From Nitrospirota bacterium (GTDB lineage: Bacteria > Nitrospirota > JACRHJ01), in assembly GCA_963733375.1 (NCBI GenBank), contig CAVTDB010000021.1, forward strand, positions 1 to 31,281: 31,281 nt of DNA, read 5' to 3'. Shown here in pieces: positions 30,478 through 31,281 of this stretch. Made by a program: the position numbers and the translations under genes. How positions within the stretch are numbered: the first letter of the stretch is position 1; the number at the start of each line of letters is the position of its first letter. Under the pieces are notes generated by a model that was given only the letters and a program-made list of their open reading frames with translations, was not told the DNA's origin and did no database searches.

Positions 30478-31281
30478 GTGGAAAGAAAATTTAAAAGGCT
30501 CCTTGGCCTCCAGATTTTGACGTTGCAAGGATTAATCAAGCGGCCGCGGAGGCCGGCAGTTCCGGCAAACAGGTTGAAGAAGTCCTCATCGGAAAATTAA
30601 AAATCCCGAAGCACGAGGTCCTGCTCTCACTCTCCGAGTTCTACAACCTCCCGTTCATGGAATTCGACGAAAGTTCCGCCGTCCCGCGAGGCCTGCTCTG
30701 CATACTCGACTTCGGGCGTCTCAAGGAAGAACGCTGGTGCCCGCTGGACATCGACGGCGACGAAGCCGAAGTTGCGGCCTGCCAACCCGACGCCCCCGGC
30801 CTGGCCGAGGAGATTAAAAAAACCCTCGGCGTAAAACGGATCCGTTTCCACATCGCCCTTTACTCCGACCTGGTCAGGATAATCGAGAACAGCTGGAATA
30901 TCAACCCCCGGTTCCAGCCGTCCGGCGGGAGGACGCCGCTTGCGAAGGTCAGGACGTTCCTGGCCAACAGGCGCTCGCTATATGCATGCTACAGGACCCA
31001 ATACGCAAGAGGCCGCACCGGTTCCGCGTTCCTGCGCACGGGATTTTCTTTCATTGCGATAGGTTTTCTTCTCTTTCGTGTTTTGGCCTGGGACTTGCCG
31101 CCATGGCCGGCTCGGTCCTCATTGTCGCCGGCCTTGCCGCGGCCTGGGACGGTTTTAAACGGTACTCCGACAAGGAAGATAGGCCATAAGCGGATTGATT
31201 TTACTCCCACCAGTTCCACGTGGGGCACGACAGTCCTTGAAGCCTCCGGCGGCAGTGAACCCAGTTTCACCCGCACAGCCC
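30478..31281 (+). CDS. Partial membrane protein with GspE/PilB-N-terminal-like domain followed by a DUF202/YidH-like segment (frameshifted, runs off the window; not in ORF track)
   Basis: Read manually: EEVLIGKLKIPKHEVLLSLSEFYNLPFMEFDE...RLKEERWCPL...VAACQPD...IKKTLG...SDLVRIIEN, then RTPLAKVRTFLANRRS...ARGRTGSAFLRTGFSFIAIGFLLFRVFG. Start position approximate. Confidence 0.65.

Overview
Chromosomal window from a GC-rich (roughly 55-60%), probably anaerobic Gram-negative bacterium. Gene content suggests Nitrospirota or Desulfobacterota, but this is inference. Many genes carry single-base indels, often in homopolymers, which look like uncorrected long-read errors. There are four modules. (1) 62-4600: a ~1130-aa fusion of a bis-molybdopterin (acetylene-hydratase-like) oxidoreductase with a cysteine desulfurase, followed by egtD. 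This is the architecture of the O2-independent metallopterin-dependent ergothioneine synthase (MES) pathway. (2) 4603-12679 (minus): phoB-phoR, Pho boxes, a putative porin and pstSCAB-phoU. (3) 12750-15137 (plus): a divergent unit with Pho-box-like repeats, a candidate sRNA/attenuator, two paralogous Cys-rich microproteins (one absent from the ORF track), a PHP phosphoesterase and a GT21 glycosyltransferase. It is a candidate phosphate-starvation lipid-remodelling operon. (4) 15144-31281: a Tad/Flp pilus locus with two pilins and a repeat-rich control region containing two paralogous promoter-leader units, one lacking an ORF. A divergent tadE-tadE-tadG(vWA) cassette is bracketed by a duplicated promoter and followed by an MshEN-AAA+ ATPase and a partial GspE-N/DUF202-like gene. 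No rRNA, tRNA, CRISPR array or transposase was seen.
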